From: Dictyostelium discoideum | Taxonomy: Eukaryota | Length of the DNA stretch: 64,000 nucleotides | Direction: 5' to 3' | Assembly: GCA_000004695.1 (NCBI GenBank) | Contig: CM000151.3 | Coordinates: 8,160,001-8,224,000, forward strand | Shown: positions 41,801 through 53,600 of the stretch, piece after piece | Numbering within the stretch: the first letter of the stretch is position 1 | Layout of the letters: each line of letters begins with the position of its first letter | Notes under the pieces: model-generated | What the model saw: only the letters and a program-made list of their open reading frames with translations | The model's database searches: none | Told to the model about the DNA's origin: nothing | Translations under genes and position numbers: made by a program

Positions 41801-42750
41801 CAGATGAAGTTATGGGTTCAGTTTGTAAAGTAATGAATGTAAATGAAATTCAAAGATTTATTCAATATAATTTCTTTGAATCATTTTTTCAAAATGCAAT
41901 TTATAAATATTCAGTATTTTTTAGTAGAGATGATTTAATGTCATTCCTATTAAATAATTATAATATTGATGTTGATTTCCCATTATCCAAACCAGATAGA
42001 CAATATTCACAATATTTAGAATGTAAATCCATCTTTGAAAATCATTTTGAAAAAGTAAAGAATATTTCAAAATTAAAACAGTTCAACAGTCCTTATTTAC
42101 AATTCCCATTTGTTTTTTTAGATTCTTTTTTTAAATACATTTGTAAAGAAAATAATATCACAACATATAATCAATTCGTTCAAAATTATAATTTACAAAT
42201 TAGAAAACAAATAATTAAAGAAACAATTGAAATACTAATTGGTAGATTCTTATCAGATACAAATGATGATGATGATAATGATGATTATGATGATGAAGAC
42301 CCTAATCAGAATTTTGCATTTATATTAAAAAATCAAAAATATAAAGTTTTACTCATTCAATTAATTATTGAACAATCAGATACTCAATTATACTTTAAAT
42401 CAGCTTTAGATCAAGTTTTATTAAAATTAAAAGAAGATAGAAAAAATTATGAAATTAATTCTCCATTCATTGAAAATCTTGAAAATCCATTCTTACAAGC
42501 TTTTATTAATGGTGATATTAAAACTTGTAATATCATTCTTAAATATTATCCAAATCAATTCAAAATAACAAAAGATTCAATCACTGAAACATTAAAAATG
42601 GAAAAAATTCATATTATTAAATATTTTTATAAAGTTGATAATTGTAAAAATTTAATTAATAATTTTGAAAATGATAATAATTTATTAAAACATTTAAAAA
42701 ATGAATTATCAAAACATCTAGTTTATAAATATCATTTAACTTGGTTATAA
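38851..42750 (+). CDS. Family copy D, 1299 aa, intronless
   Basis: Starts MSDKTEILFWKVFKNQYLFNKIF and ends ...HLTWL*. It has short Ser/Gly and acidic tracts. Confidence 0.8.
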   Translation: MSDKTEILFWKVFKNQYLFNKIFNQIHNNEWIEYDEPNKYNVYNRCKFGDTHSLVIMIKNDLLPLIKDKIKHGDHIEINTFSIKDLFSKLSTDPLIDNKNKNKNKYKDEDYLEIIELLMKNRRDDFEITDLICIAAATRSPDVIRLLVNEPYSVVIYPKIFEFAIMYSNLATIKELINLESINFKNYGIKLISEEFKRKSLSLAVHRTTLKTTITEYIFNNPSLYSIPPPLSLLNNQQKQEQQTQSTNKKLKTFETLHPNLKNNSNNNNNNDNEEIKYEYIKFKDFIKLKSSNLLKSFMKLDIVVLSETKTNFNSFLKMYHPYERLQVGIKIILKYDNTISDIKKREEILEEINKIDRSNETGFNKLKELRKLVAIEFPNQINFYFFYWKAYREKIKKLGKVPYKSGSHINTQTFGHLLLQDELTNYQTNTQKGDKNIEQVELLSYITYSDSESENEVEEDTIIEKELSNFSNRFRNATVFDISNRYSNLLNSYLKAIKECNIEKLERIDTNNPMFKLDVSKYHCFQLPNEKEDIMKIWEYFNKHSFKQMIPNYDILIEFLSSVTNIIPPFELKISNIKEPLSGKLGTILLWQLYKKNFNITELLLNSFDNFNFIYQPEQMSAMVDKERVLFLRNGELFQIDKKFSFQIIRIIKLVMDKFNKLTKDQINIENISTTTYRLILNNLYDQLLRVKGLTIDQLEYVRSIIPEQLFNNNSFETYRIFFYLNIRSSKLTNYITKRPGITSFIDNSIAFSNHFYNSTEPVTNEIIGFDLRKYLNFELFTYDYILGRESNRYSSGFSGGGSSSGYDDGSKNNNKKYITQVDTILKELIKQLSFNICTNVNNRDNIVKGDDFFKHSLNADLRFSLDIGRKDLFWELLDWIQQYMIKNENLMKLQVYQFNSPYESLLPTGTIFSNVKIIKKELPSPPKAATETITTIESTFLKIDNFEKPIPNESSVKIDWNSDKLIEAFKPVSKLINSFKYSDEVMGSVCKVMNVNEIQRFIQYNFFESFFQNAIYKYSVFFSRDDLMSFLLNNYNIDVDFPLSKPDRQYSQYLECKSIFENHFEKVKNISKLKQFNSPYLQFPFVFLDSFFKYICKENNITTYNQFVQNYNLQIRKQIIKETIEILIGRFLSDTNDDDDNDDYDDEDPNQNFAFILKNQKYKVLLIQLIIEQSDTQLYFKSALDQVLLKLKEDRKNYEINSPFIENLENPFLQAFINGDIKTCNIILKYYPNQFKITKDSITETLKMEKIHIIKYFYKVDNCKNLINNFENDNNLLKHLKNELSKHLVYKYHLTWL

Positions 42751-42939
42751 ATAAAAATAATAAAAACAAATAAAAACAAATAAAAATAAATAAAAACAAA
42801 TAAAAAAACAAATAAAAGATTGTGATAATTTTAATCTTGAATAATCCTAAATTAGAATTTTTTAATTTTTTGAAATTATATTTTAATATGATTATATTAT
42901 TGATAGCTAAATAATTATTTTAAATTTGTTAATCTGAAG

Positions 42940-43140
42940 AACCTAAAACCGATGGTGCCATTTAACCTTGGCCAAATTCATGATTACGGAGTGCTAAAAC
43001 CTGTGCTTCACCTAATGCGCCCCCCAGTTATTTGCAATGCATGGTAACCTAATTGGAATGCCTATAACTTGATAATGCATCCACCACTTTATTAACACCA
43101 ACATAACTACATTGATTGATTATTGGATCCAATAACTGTT
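42940..43140. other. Relatively GC-rich non-coding segment in the enlarged D-to-E spacer
   Basis: GAACCTAAAACCGATGGTGCCATTTAACCTTGGCCAAATTCATGATTACGGAGTGCTAAAACCTGTGCTTCACCTAATGCGCCCCCCAGTTATTTGCAATGCATGG has stops in all frames on both strands. Other inter-copy spacers are 220-430 bp; this one is 1.3 kb. Confidence 0.3.
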
Positions 43141-43185
43141 ATAACTGATGAAGCTAAAATGAAATTAATTATTTTCCAATTAGGT

Positions 43186-43386
43186 TTAATCGTAAATAGT
43201 AACAAAGTATCTGGGGATATTGTTATCTTTTTCTTTTGAACATACTGTTACAAATGAATCCTTTTGATGCACACCACTTTCACCATCAATACCTTCGAAA
43301 TTTAAATTATTATTTTCAATTAAATAAAAAATAGCTAACCTTGGACCAAATAAATTAATTAATTGTTTTTCACAATTTTCATTATT

Positions 43387-43417
<31 letters not shown>

Positions 43418-43745
43418 TTATTTTTATTATTATTTTGATAAATTAAATTTGAAATTAATTTTAAAAATTTCTCTATATTTTTTAAAGTGAATAAAACATT
43501 TTTTTTAATTTGATTATAAATGTTGGTGCAACTCTAGTTATAATATTTGAAAATTCACAACCAATCTCTGCATTATTAATATCGTCTGTGTGATTAATTA
43601 TTTCTGTGTGATAATAATCTACAATATATTTCATTTTTTCAAAAGTATATTTGAATAATCTTTGAAGTCTTGAATCTTTACTACCACTACTACCACTACT
43701 ACTTTCAATATTGGTAATGCTATTAGTCATGATTTTCAAGTTCAA
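43186..43745 (-). pseudogene. Small minus-strand gene (about 186 aa) that appears disrupted by a single-base frameshift in a T8/A8 homopolymer (43498-43505)
   Basis: ORF 43482..43745 (MNLKIMTNSITNIESSSGS...APTFIIKLKK) continues in the +2 frame, open 43186..about 43500. That frame reads NVLFTLKNIEKFLKLISNLIYQNNN...ENCEKQLINLFGPRLAIFYLIENNNLNFEGIDGESGVHQKDSFVTVCSKEKDNNIPRYFVTIYD*. The frames meet exactly at the homopolymer. This may be a real pseudogene or an assembly indel. Confidence 0.35.
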
Positions 43746-44054
43746 ACACTGTTTTTATTAATTTCCATGCATATCTTCAATTTTTTTTTTAAATTTTACA
43801 TTTTTATTATTATTATTTTTACAAAAACAACAAGAACAAAAAACCCACAACAAAACATTTAGATTTTTTCGTCCCATATTTTTTGGCTTCTGTTTGTTGG
43901 TTTTTTTTTAGTTTTTTCATTTTTTTTAAATTTTATTGATGCATCTTTTATTTTTTTTTTTTTTTTACGCCAAAAAATAAAAAAAAATTCATGGGTGTTT
44001 ACAAACACTTTTTTACCTTTTTTAATTTTACATTTCTATATCCTTTTTTTTACT

Positions 44055-44822
44055 ATGTGTGATAAAACAGAAATATTATTTTGGAAGGTTTTTAAAAATC
44101 AATATTTATTCAGAGAGATATTTAATCAAATTCACAACAATCAATGGATTGAATATGATAAACCAAATAAATATAATGTTTACAATAGATGTAAATTTGG
44201 AGACACTCACTCTTTAAAAATAATGATAGAAAATGATCTACTCCCATTAATTAAAGATAAAATCAAACATGGTGATCATATAGAAATTACTTATCATTCA
44301 ATAAAAGATCTTTTCACAAAATTATCAACAGAAACATTTTATAAAAATTATAATGAAAATAATAAATATAAAGATGAAGATTATTTAGAAATTATTGAAT
44401 TACTAATGAAACATAGAAGAGATGAATTTGAAATTTATGATTTAATAAATTTAGCAGCAGTCACTGGTTCTCCAGATGTTATTAGATTATTAGTTAATGA
44501 ACCATATTCAGTTGTAATTTATCCACAAACATTTGAATTTGCATTTGTGGTTTCAAGTTTAGAAACAATCAAAGAACTAGTAAATTTAGAATCAACAAAT
44601 TTTAAAAATTATGGTATTAAATTAACTAGTGAACAATTTAAAAGAAGAATATTATCATTTGTAACTCAAAGATTATATCTTAAAACTTCAATCACTGAAT
44701 TCGTTTTTAATAATCCATCATTATATTCAATACCACCACCATTATCATTAGTAAATAATCAAAAACAAGGACAACAAACACAATCAACAAATAAAAGATT
44801 AAAAACTTTAGATTCAAATTTA

Positions 44823-44903
<81 letters not shown>

Positions 44904-46557
44904 GATAATGATAATGATAATGATAATGATAATGATAATGATAGTGATAGTGATAATGATGATGAAGAAATAAAGTATGGATATATTAAATTAAATGAAT
45001 TTATAAAATTAAAATCAAGCAATTTATTAAAATCATTTATGGAATTAGATATAGTAGTTCCAAGTGAAACTAAACCAAATTTTAATTCATTTCTTACAAT
45101 GTACCATACATATGAAAGATTACAAGTTGGTATTAAAATTATTCTAAAGTATGGAGATACAATTCCAGAAAAAAAAAGAGAAGAAATTTTAGAAGAAATC
45201 AATAAAATTGATAGAAATAATGAAACAGGTTTTAATAAATTAAAAGAATTGAGAAAATTAGTAGCAATAGAATTCCCAAATCAAAAAAACTTTTATTTCT
45301 ATTATTGGAAAGCGTATCGTGAGAATATCAAAAAACTTGGTAAAGTTCCTAATAAATCAGGTTCTCCAAATAATAATATGGAAACTTTCGGATTCCTTCT
45401 TTTAGAAGACGAATTAATTAATAATGAAACCAATACTCAAGAAGGTGACGAAAATATAGAACAAGTAGAATTATTATCATATATTACATATTCAAATAGT
45501 GATGATGAAAATGATCTTGGAGGAGAAGACATAATAAATGAAAAGGAATTATTTAATCCATTTAATAGATGTAAAAATGCAACATTTTTTGATATATCCA
45601 ATAAATATCCAGATTTACTCAATTCATATTTAAAAGCAATTAAAGAATGTAATATTGAAAAGTTAGAAAGGATTGATACAAATAATCCAATGTTTAAATT
45701 AGATGTTTCAAAATATCATTGTTTTCAACTACCACATGAAAAAGAAGATATAATGAAAATTTGGGAATACTTTAATAAACACTCCTTTAAACAAATGATA
45801 CCAAATTATGATATTCTCATTGAATTCCTTTCAAGTGTAACTAATATTATTCCACCTTTTGAATTGAAAATATCTAATATTAAAGAGCCACTATCTGGAA
45901 AACTTGGAACAATTCTGTTAATGCAATTATATAAAAAGAATTTTAATATAACGGAATTATTATTAAATAGTTTTGATAATTTTAATTTTATACATCAACC
46001 AGAACAAATGTCTGATATTATAGATCGAGAGAGATTTTTATTTCATATTTCTGGCGAATTATTCCAAATTGATAAAAAGTTTAGTTTTCAAATAATTAGA
46101 ATAATTGAATTGATAATGGACAAGTTTAATAAACTCACTAAAGATCAGATCAATATTGAAAATATTTCAACAACAACATATCGTCTCATTTTAAATCATT
46201 TATATGATCAATTACTTAAAGTTGAAGGTTTAACAATTGATCAATTAGAATATGTTAGATCAATTATTCCTGAACAATTATTTAATAATAATAGTTTTGA
46301 AACCTATCGTATCTTTTTCTATCTTAATATCAGATCTTCAAAATTATCAAATTACCTAATCAAAAGACCTGGAATTGAGTATTTTATTCAAAATTCAACT
46401 GGATTCTTAAATCATTTCTACAATACTATTGCACCAACCACAAATGAAATTATTGGTTTCGATTTAAGAAAATATTTAAATTTTGATTTATTCACTTATG
46501 ATTATATATTAGGTAGAGAATCAAATCAATATAGTAGTGGTAGTAGTAGTATCAGTA

Positions 46558-46588
<31 letters not shown>

Positions 46589-48116
46589 AAGTAGTGGTAG
46601 TAGAAGTGGTGGTGGTGGTAGCAGTAGTAGTAGTAGTGGTGATGATGGTAACAAAAATAATAATAAAAAGTATATAACTCATGTAGATACAATATTAAGA
46701 GAATTAATTAAACAATTATCATTCAATATTTGTACAAACCTTAGTAATAGAGATGAAATTGTTGATGGTAAAGATTTCTTTAATCATTCATTAAATGAAG
46801 ATTTAAAATTCAGTTTAGATATTGGTAGAAAAGATTTATTTTGGGAATTATTAGATTGGATTGAACAATATATGGCTAAAAATGAAAACTTAATGAAACT
46901 TCAAGTTTATCAATTTAACTCACCATATGAATCATTATTACCAACTAGTACAATATTTTTAAATGTAAAAATAATAAAAAAAGAATTACCATCACCATCA
47001 GCAACAACAACAATTGAAAGTACTTTTTTAAAAATTGATAATTTTGAAAAACCAATACCAAATGAATCAACGATTAAAGTTAATTGGAATTCAGATAAAT
47101 TAATTGAACCATTCAAACCAATTTCAAAACTTATAAATTCATTTAAATATTCAGACGATGTCTTAAAATCAATTTGTAGAGTAATGAATGTAAATGAAAT
47201 TCAAAGATTTATTCAATATAATTTCTTTGAATCATTTTTTCAAAATGAAATTTATTCATATTCATTAATTTTTAGTAGAGATGACTTATTGTCGTTCCTA
47301 TTAAATAATTATAATATTGAACCTGATTTCCCATTATTTGAACCAAGTAGAAAATATTCACAATATTTAGAATGTAAATTCATTTTTGAAAATCATTTTG
47401 AAAAAGTAAAGAATATTTCAAAATTAAAAGTCAAACAAAAATGGTTCAAAGGTGATGATTTACGATCCCCATCGGTTTTATTAGATACTTTTTTAAAATA
47501 CATTTGTCTTGAAAAGAATATCACAAGATATAATCAGTTCATTCAAAATTATAATTTACAAATTAGAAAACAAATAATTAAAGAAACAATTGAAATACTA
47601 ATTGGTCAATTCATATCAGATGATGGTGATGATGATGAAGATGAGGATGATGATGAAGATGAAGACCCTAATCAAAATTTTGCATCTATATTAAAAGATC
47701 AAAAACATAAAGTTTTACTCATTCAATCAATTATTGAACAATCAGATACTCAATTATACTTTAAATCAGCTTTAGATCAAGTTTTATTAAAATCAAAAGA
47801 AGATAGAAAAAATGATGAAATTAATAATCCATTCATTGAAAATAATAAAAATCCATTCTTACAATCTTTTATTTATGGTGATATTAAAACTTGTAATATC
47901 ATTCTTAAATATTATCCAAATCAATTCAAAATCACTAAGGATTCAATCACTGAAACATTAGAAATGGAAAATATTCATATTGTTAAATATTATTATAAAG
48001 TTGATAACTGTAAAAATTTAATTAATAATTTTAAAAATGATAATAATTTATTAAAACATTTAAAAAATGAATTATCAAAACATCCAATTTATAAATATCA
48101 TTTAACTTGGTTATAA
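44055..48116 (+). CDS. Family copy E, 1353 aa, intronless
   Basis: Starts MCDKTEILFWKVFKNQYLFREIF and ends ...HLTWL*. It contains a (GATAAT)n Asp-Asn repeat tract around 44861-44950 and a long Ser/Gly tract around 46540-46640. Confidence 0.8.
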
Positions 48117-48251
48117 AAAAAATAATAAAAGCAAATTAAATAAAAATAAATAAAAATAAATAAAAACAAATAAAAACAAAAAATAATTACCGTGAAAGGT
48201 CTAAATAAATTTTTTTTTTTGAGGTTATTTTTTAAAAAAAGTGGGTGTTGC

Positions 48252-48283
<32 letters not shown>

Positions 48284-48347
48284 AATATGTTCCAACACCA
48301 TTTTTTTTTTTAATTTTACATTTTTATTATTATTTTTTTTTTTTAAA

Positions 48348-48432
48348 AAGTGTGACAAAACATAACTATTATTTTGGAAAGTTTTTAAAAATAAATATTT
48401 ATTCAAAGAGATATTTAATCAAATTCACAACA
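48348..48432 (+). pseudogene. 5' fragment of family copy F (start codon mutated to AAG), separated from the rest of the gene by the TIR-bounded insertion
   Basis: AAGTGTGACAAAACATAACTATTATTTTGGAAAGTTTTTAAAAATAAATATTTATTCAAAGAGATATTTAATCAAATTCACAACA aligns to the first about 90 nt of copies B/E (ATGTGTGATAAAACAGAAATATTATTTTGG...). Homology stops at 48432 and resumes at 50628. Confidence 0.75.
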
Positions 48433-48652
48433 TTTGTTGTTGGGATTTTTTTTTGAATTTTCGCTTTCTAAACGGCAGTGATTTTTTACACTAAAATACA
48501 CTGTTTATACATAGGGTAAAAATTCACTAAATTTTTTTTTTTTTATAATTAAATTAAAAAACATTTTATTTAATCAGAACAATAAAAAACCATTTTTATT
48601 CAGTTATTTGCTTGTTATTTATTTTTTTATAACAAAAAAATTTAGTTTGCGC

Positions 48653-48701
<49 letters not shown>

Positions 48702-48825
48702 TTATTTTTTTCAATTTTTTTTTTATCGAAACAATTTTATTTTATTCCCCAAAAATGAAAATATCAAAAATAAATGAAATAAAAAATTATTTAATATTAC
48801 CTTATTTTTGTGTCTTCGTTACATA
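48433..48825. repeat. Left terminal inverted repeat of the insertion
   Basis: Reverse-complementary to 50042..50627 (see the mobile element feature). Confidence 0.7.
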
Positions 48826-49081
48826 AAAAAAAAAAAAAAAAAAGAAAAATGCAAAATAAAAAAAAAAATAAAAAAATTTATATTAAAATAAAAAAAAAGG
48901 AAAATAAAAAAAAAAAAAAAAAATAAAAAAAAAAAAAAAAAAATAAAAAAAAAAAAAAAAATTGGCTCAAATCTAACAATTTAAATTGTTATTTAATTCT
49001 TAAACAACAAATAATTGTTTAAAATTAGTTTTTTTATTATTTTGATTAAATAAATTGTTTTTAATTTATAAAAAAAAAAAT

Positions 49082-49121
49082 AGATGGTAAATAGTAGATG
49101 GTAAATAATAGATGGTAAATA
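49082..49121. repeat. Three tandem copies of AGATGGTAAATA inside the TIR-element core
   Basis: tagatggtaaatagtagatggtaaataatagatggtaaataaaa. Confidence 0.8.
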
Positions 49122-49823
49122 AAAAAGTTAATTTTTCAAAATTTTACCATCCAAAAACACCCCCAATTTACCATCAGCTAATACAACTCACACGTTGTTC
49201 ATTTGCTGTTCATTTCATATCAATTTAAAAAACAATAAATAATTTAATTCCCGCTATTTTTTGCGGATTTGCGGAAATGATTTTTTTTAATTTATAAAAA
49301 AATTTGATTTTTTTTATTTAAGACAGATCTTATCAGATTTATAAAATGAGAAAATATAATAGATATCTACTATTTTTGGCATTAAACAAAGATTTCTGAA
49401 TATTCAGAAATAGACAGCGAAACTATCTAATATTGTAAGTGTAACCACGGAGATCGCCACGTGGATTTGCGGCACTTCCTGCTGCTGGTCCCCAGCCATA
49501 TTGGCCGTTTATTGGACGTTGTGAGAGATTTTGGCCTGGTTGTACGATTCCGCCTGATGTCATTTGCTGGGAATAAGAATATATGAGATTTAATTAATAA
49601 ATATACATGATATGATTGATAAAAATAGAACAAATTTTAAATTTTTAAAATTGTACACATACATTAAAGTATAATAATATAATTTGTTAAAAATAATTTG
49701 AAATGTTTTTTTTGAAAAAATTTTTTTGTTAATGTTTTATCAACATTTTTTAAATTAAAAAATAAAAAAAATAAAATTAAAAAATAAAAAAAATAAAAAA
49801 TAAATTTAATTAAATTCCAACAT

Positions 49824-49938
49824 TTTTTAGGGGGGTACCCTCTTTTTTTTATTTAAATATTAATTTTCATTTTTATTATTATTATTATTATTATTAAAAT
49901 TATTATTTTTTTTAGGGGGGGGTACCCTCTTTTTTTTT
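49824..49938. repeat. Two direct copies of TTAGGGGGG(G)TACCCTCTTTTTTTT about 85 bp apart, each containing the palindrome GGGTACCC, inside the TIR-element core
   Basis: Copies lie at about 49824-49850 and about 49909-49938. Confidence 0.7.
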
Positions 49939-50041
49939 TATTTTTTTTTTATTTTTTTTATTTTTTTTTTTTATTTTTTATTTTTCTTTTTTTTTTTATT
50001 TTTCTTTTTTTTTTTTTTTTTTTTTTTTCATTTTTTTTTTT

Positions 50042-50230
50042 ATGTAACGAAGACACAAAAATAAGTTAATATTAAATAAGTGAACTAAGACACTAATTAT
50101 AGTTGACCCACATTTAAATAATAATAATAATAATAATAATTCTATTAACTCGAGTTTATAATTATAAATAATATAAATACTAAAAATAATTATATAAACA
50201 ATAATGAATACCATAATTAAAATATAAACC

Positions 50231-50270
<40 letters not shown>

Positions 50271-50360
50271 ATTTTTTTCAATTTTTTTTTATCGAACAAT
50301 TTTATTTTATTCCCAAAAATGAAAACAATCGATAAAAAAAAAAATTGAAAAAAATAATTG

Positions 50361-50406
<46 letters not shown>

Positions 50407-50627
50407 GCAAACTAAATTTTTTTGTTATAAAAAAATAAATAACAAGCAAATAACTGAATAAAATTGGTTTTTTATTTTTCTGATTAAATAAATTGTTTTT
50501 TAATTTAATTATAAAAAAAAAAAAAATTTAGTGAATTTTTACACCATGCATAAACAGTGTATTTTAGTGTAAAAATTCACTGCCGTTTAGAAAGCGAAAT
50601 TTCAAAAAAAATTGCCTACAACAACAA
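50042..50627. repeat. Right terminal inverted repeat of the insertion (longer than the left arm because of an internal about 190 bp extra segment and a local palindrome around 50265-50390)
   Basis: Reverse-complementary to 48433..48825. It has an internal hairpin-like palindrome CAATTATTTTTTTCAATTTTTTTTTATCG ... CGATAAAAAAAAAAATTGAAAAAAATAATTG. Confidence 0.65.
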
Positions 50628-53600
50628 TCAATGGATTGAATATGATAAACCAAATAAATATAATGTTTACAATAGATGTAAATTTGGAGACACTCACTCT
50701 TTAAAAATAATGATAAAAAATGATCTATAAAATCAAACATGGTGATCATATAGAAATTACTGATTCAATAAAAGATCTTTTCTCAACATTATCATCAGAT
50801 CCATTAATTAATAATAATAATAAATTTAAATATAAAGATGAAGATTATTTAGAAATTATTGAATTATTAATGAAACATAGAAGAGATGAATTTGAAGCTA
50901 CTGATTTAATAAATACAGCAGTCATTAGTTCTCCAGATATTATTAGATTATTAGTTAATGAACCATACTCAGTTATAATTTATCCAACAACATTTGAATT
51001 TGCAATTATAAATTCAAATTTAGAAACAATCAAGAACTAGTAAATTTAGAATCAATAAATTTTAAAAACTATGGTATTAGATTAATCAGTGAAGAATTTA
51101 AAAGAAAATCATTATCATTAGCAACTCAAAGAAAAACTTTTAAAACTACAATCACTGAATACATTTTTAATAATCCATCATTATATTCAATACCACCACC
51201 ATTATCATTAATAAATAAACAACAACAACAAGAACCATCAACAAATAAAAGATTAAAACTATCTGAAACTTTAGATTCAAATTTAAAAAATAATGATAAT
51301 GATAATGATAATGAAAATAATAATTATGAAGAAATAAAGTATGGATATATTAAATTAAATAAATTTATAAAATTAAAATCAAGCAATTTATTAAAATCAT
51401 TTATGGAATTAGATATAGTAGTTTTAAGTGAAACTGCAACAGATTTTAATTCATTTCTCAAAATGCACCATACATATGAAAGATTACAAGTTGGTATTAA
51501 AATTATTCTAAAGTATGATAACACAATTTCAGATATAAAAAAAAGAGAAGAAATTTTAGAAGAAATCAATAAAATTGATAGAAATAATGAAACAGGTTTT
51601 AATAAATTAAAAGAATTGAGAAAATTAGTAGCAATAGAATTCCCAAATCAAAAAAACTTTTATTTCTATTATTGGAAATCTTATCGTGAGAATATTAAAA
51701 AACTTGGTAAAATTCCTAAAAAATCAGGTTCTCATATTAATATACAAACTTTTGAACACCTTCTTTTTCAAGATGAAATAAACAATTATCAAACCAATAC
51801 CCAAGAAGGTGATGAAAATATAGAACAAGTAGAATTATTATCATATATTACAGATTCGGATAGTGAAGGTGATAATGATGTTGAACTAGAATATTTAATA
51901 ATTAGAGATGAATTATTTAATTTCTCAAATAGATTTAGAAAAATAACATCAACATTTTGTGATATATCCAATAGATATTCAGATTTACTCAATTCATATT
52001 TAAAAGCAATTAAAGAATGTAATATAGAAAAATTAGAAGAGATTGATACAAATAATCCAATGGTTTAATTAGATGTTTCAAAATATCATTGTCTTCAATT
52101 ACCAAATGAAAAAGAAGATATAATGAAAATTTGGGAATACTTTAATAAACACTCCTTTAAATCTTAATGACCCATTATTTAAAAAACTTGGAACATTTCT
52201 ATTATGGCATTATATAGAAAGAATTTAAATGTAATTGAATTATATTAAATAGTTTTGATGATTTTAATTTTATATATCAACCACAACAAATGGCAACTAT
52301 TTTAGAACGTGAGAGATTTTTATTTAATAATCGTAATGGTGAATTATTCCAAGTTGATAAAAAGTTTAGTTTTCAAATAATCAGAATAATTGAATTGGTA
52401 ATGGACAAGCTTAATAAACTCAGTAAAGATCAAAATAATTTTGGAAATATTTCAACAACTTATCGTCTCATTTTTAATAATTTATATGATCAATTACTAA
52501 GAGTTAAAGGTCTAACAATCGATCAATTAGAATATGTTAGATCAATCATTTTTGAACAATTATGTAATAATAATAGTTATGATACCTGTCGTATCTTTTT
52601 CTATCTTAATATCAGATCTCCAAAATTATCAAATTACATAATCAAAAGAATTACAAATTTTATTGAAAATTCAAATGCATTCTTTAATGATTTCTAAGAT
52701 ACTATTGGACCAACTACAAATGAAATTGTTGGTTTTGATATAAGAAAATATTTAAATTTTGAATTATTAACATATGATTATATATTAGGTAGAGAATTAA
52801 ATCAATATAGTAGTGATTTTAGTGGTGGTAGTAGTAGTAGTATTAGTAGTAGTAGTAGAAGTAGTAGTAGTAGAAGTTGTAGTAGTATTGGTAGTGTTAG
52901 TAGTAGTGGTAGTGTTAGTAGTAGTGGTAGTATTAGTGGTAGTAGTGGTGATGATGGTAGCAAAAATAATAATAAAAAATACATAACTCAATTCGATACA
53001 ATATTAAGAGAATTAATTAAACAATTATCATTCAATATTTGTACAAACCTTAGTAATAGAGATAGAATTGTTAAGGGTAAAGATTTCTTTAATCATTCAT
53101 TAAATGCAGATTTAAAATTCAGTTTAGATATTGGTAGAAAAGATTTATTTTGGGAATCATTAGATTGGATTCAACAATATATGATTAAAAATGAAAATTT
53201 AATGAGGTATCAAGTTTTTCAATTTAATTCACCATATGAATCATTATTACCAACCAGTACAATATTTTCAAATGTAAACATAATAAAAAAAGAATTACCA
53301 TCACCAGCAACGACAACAACAGAAACAACAACAATTGAAAGCACTTTTTTAAAAATTGATAATTTTGAAAAACCAATACCAAATGAATCAACGATTAAAG
53401 TTTATTGGAATTCAGATAAATTACTTGAAGTATTCAAACCAATTCCAAAACTAATAAATTCATTTAACTATTCGGATGAAGTTATGGATTCAGTTTGTAG
53501 AGTAATGAATGTAAATGAAATTCAAAGATTTATTCAATATAATTTCTTTGAACCATTTTTTCAAAATGAAATTTATTCATATTCAGTATTTATGAATAGA

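Larger units (their letters stand above)
48433..50627. mobile_element. About 2.2 kb insertion with long terminal inverted repeats (non-autonomous TIR / foldback-like element) interrupting family copy F
   Basis: Left arm 48433..48825 and right arm 50042..50627 are reverse complements. For example, 48600-48660 (TTTTATTCAGTTATTTGCTTGTTATTTATTTTTTTATAACAAAAAAATTTAGTTTGCGCC) equals the revcomp of 50400-50460. ORF-track ORFs 48608..48826(+) and 50180..50449(-) both start MLVIYFFITKKFSLR. The tips are TTGTTGTTG...CAACAACAA, and the host gene sequence is contiguous across the insertion (..ATTCACAACA | element | TCAATGGATTG..). Confidence 0.7.

Noticed and set aside
42940-43140. GC-rich block in the D-to-E spacer, checked for tRNA or protein-coding potential
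   Set aside because: No tRNA A/B boxes (TRGCNNAGTGG / GGTTCGANTCC) and stop codons in all six frames. It is kept only as an unexplained non-coding anomaly.
49427-49633. 68-aa minus-strand ORF in the TIR-element core (MFYFYQSYHVYLLIKSHIFLFPANDIRRNRTTRPK...)
   Set aside because: This frame uses AGG, CGG, ACG, CTG and GGG codons that Dictyostelium genes avoid. The overlapping alternative frame has native codon usage and is reported as a finding instead.
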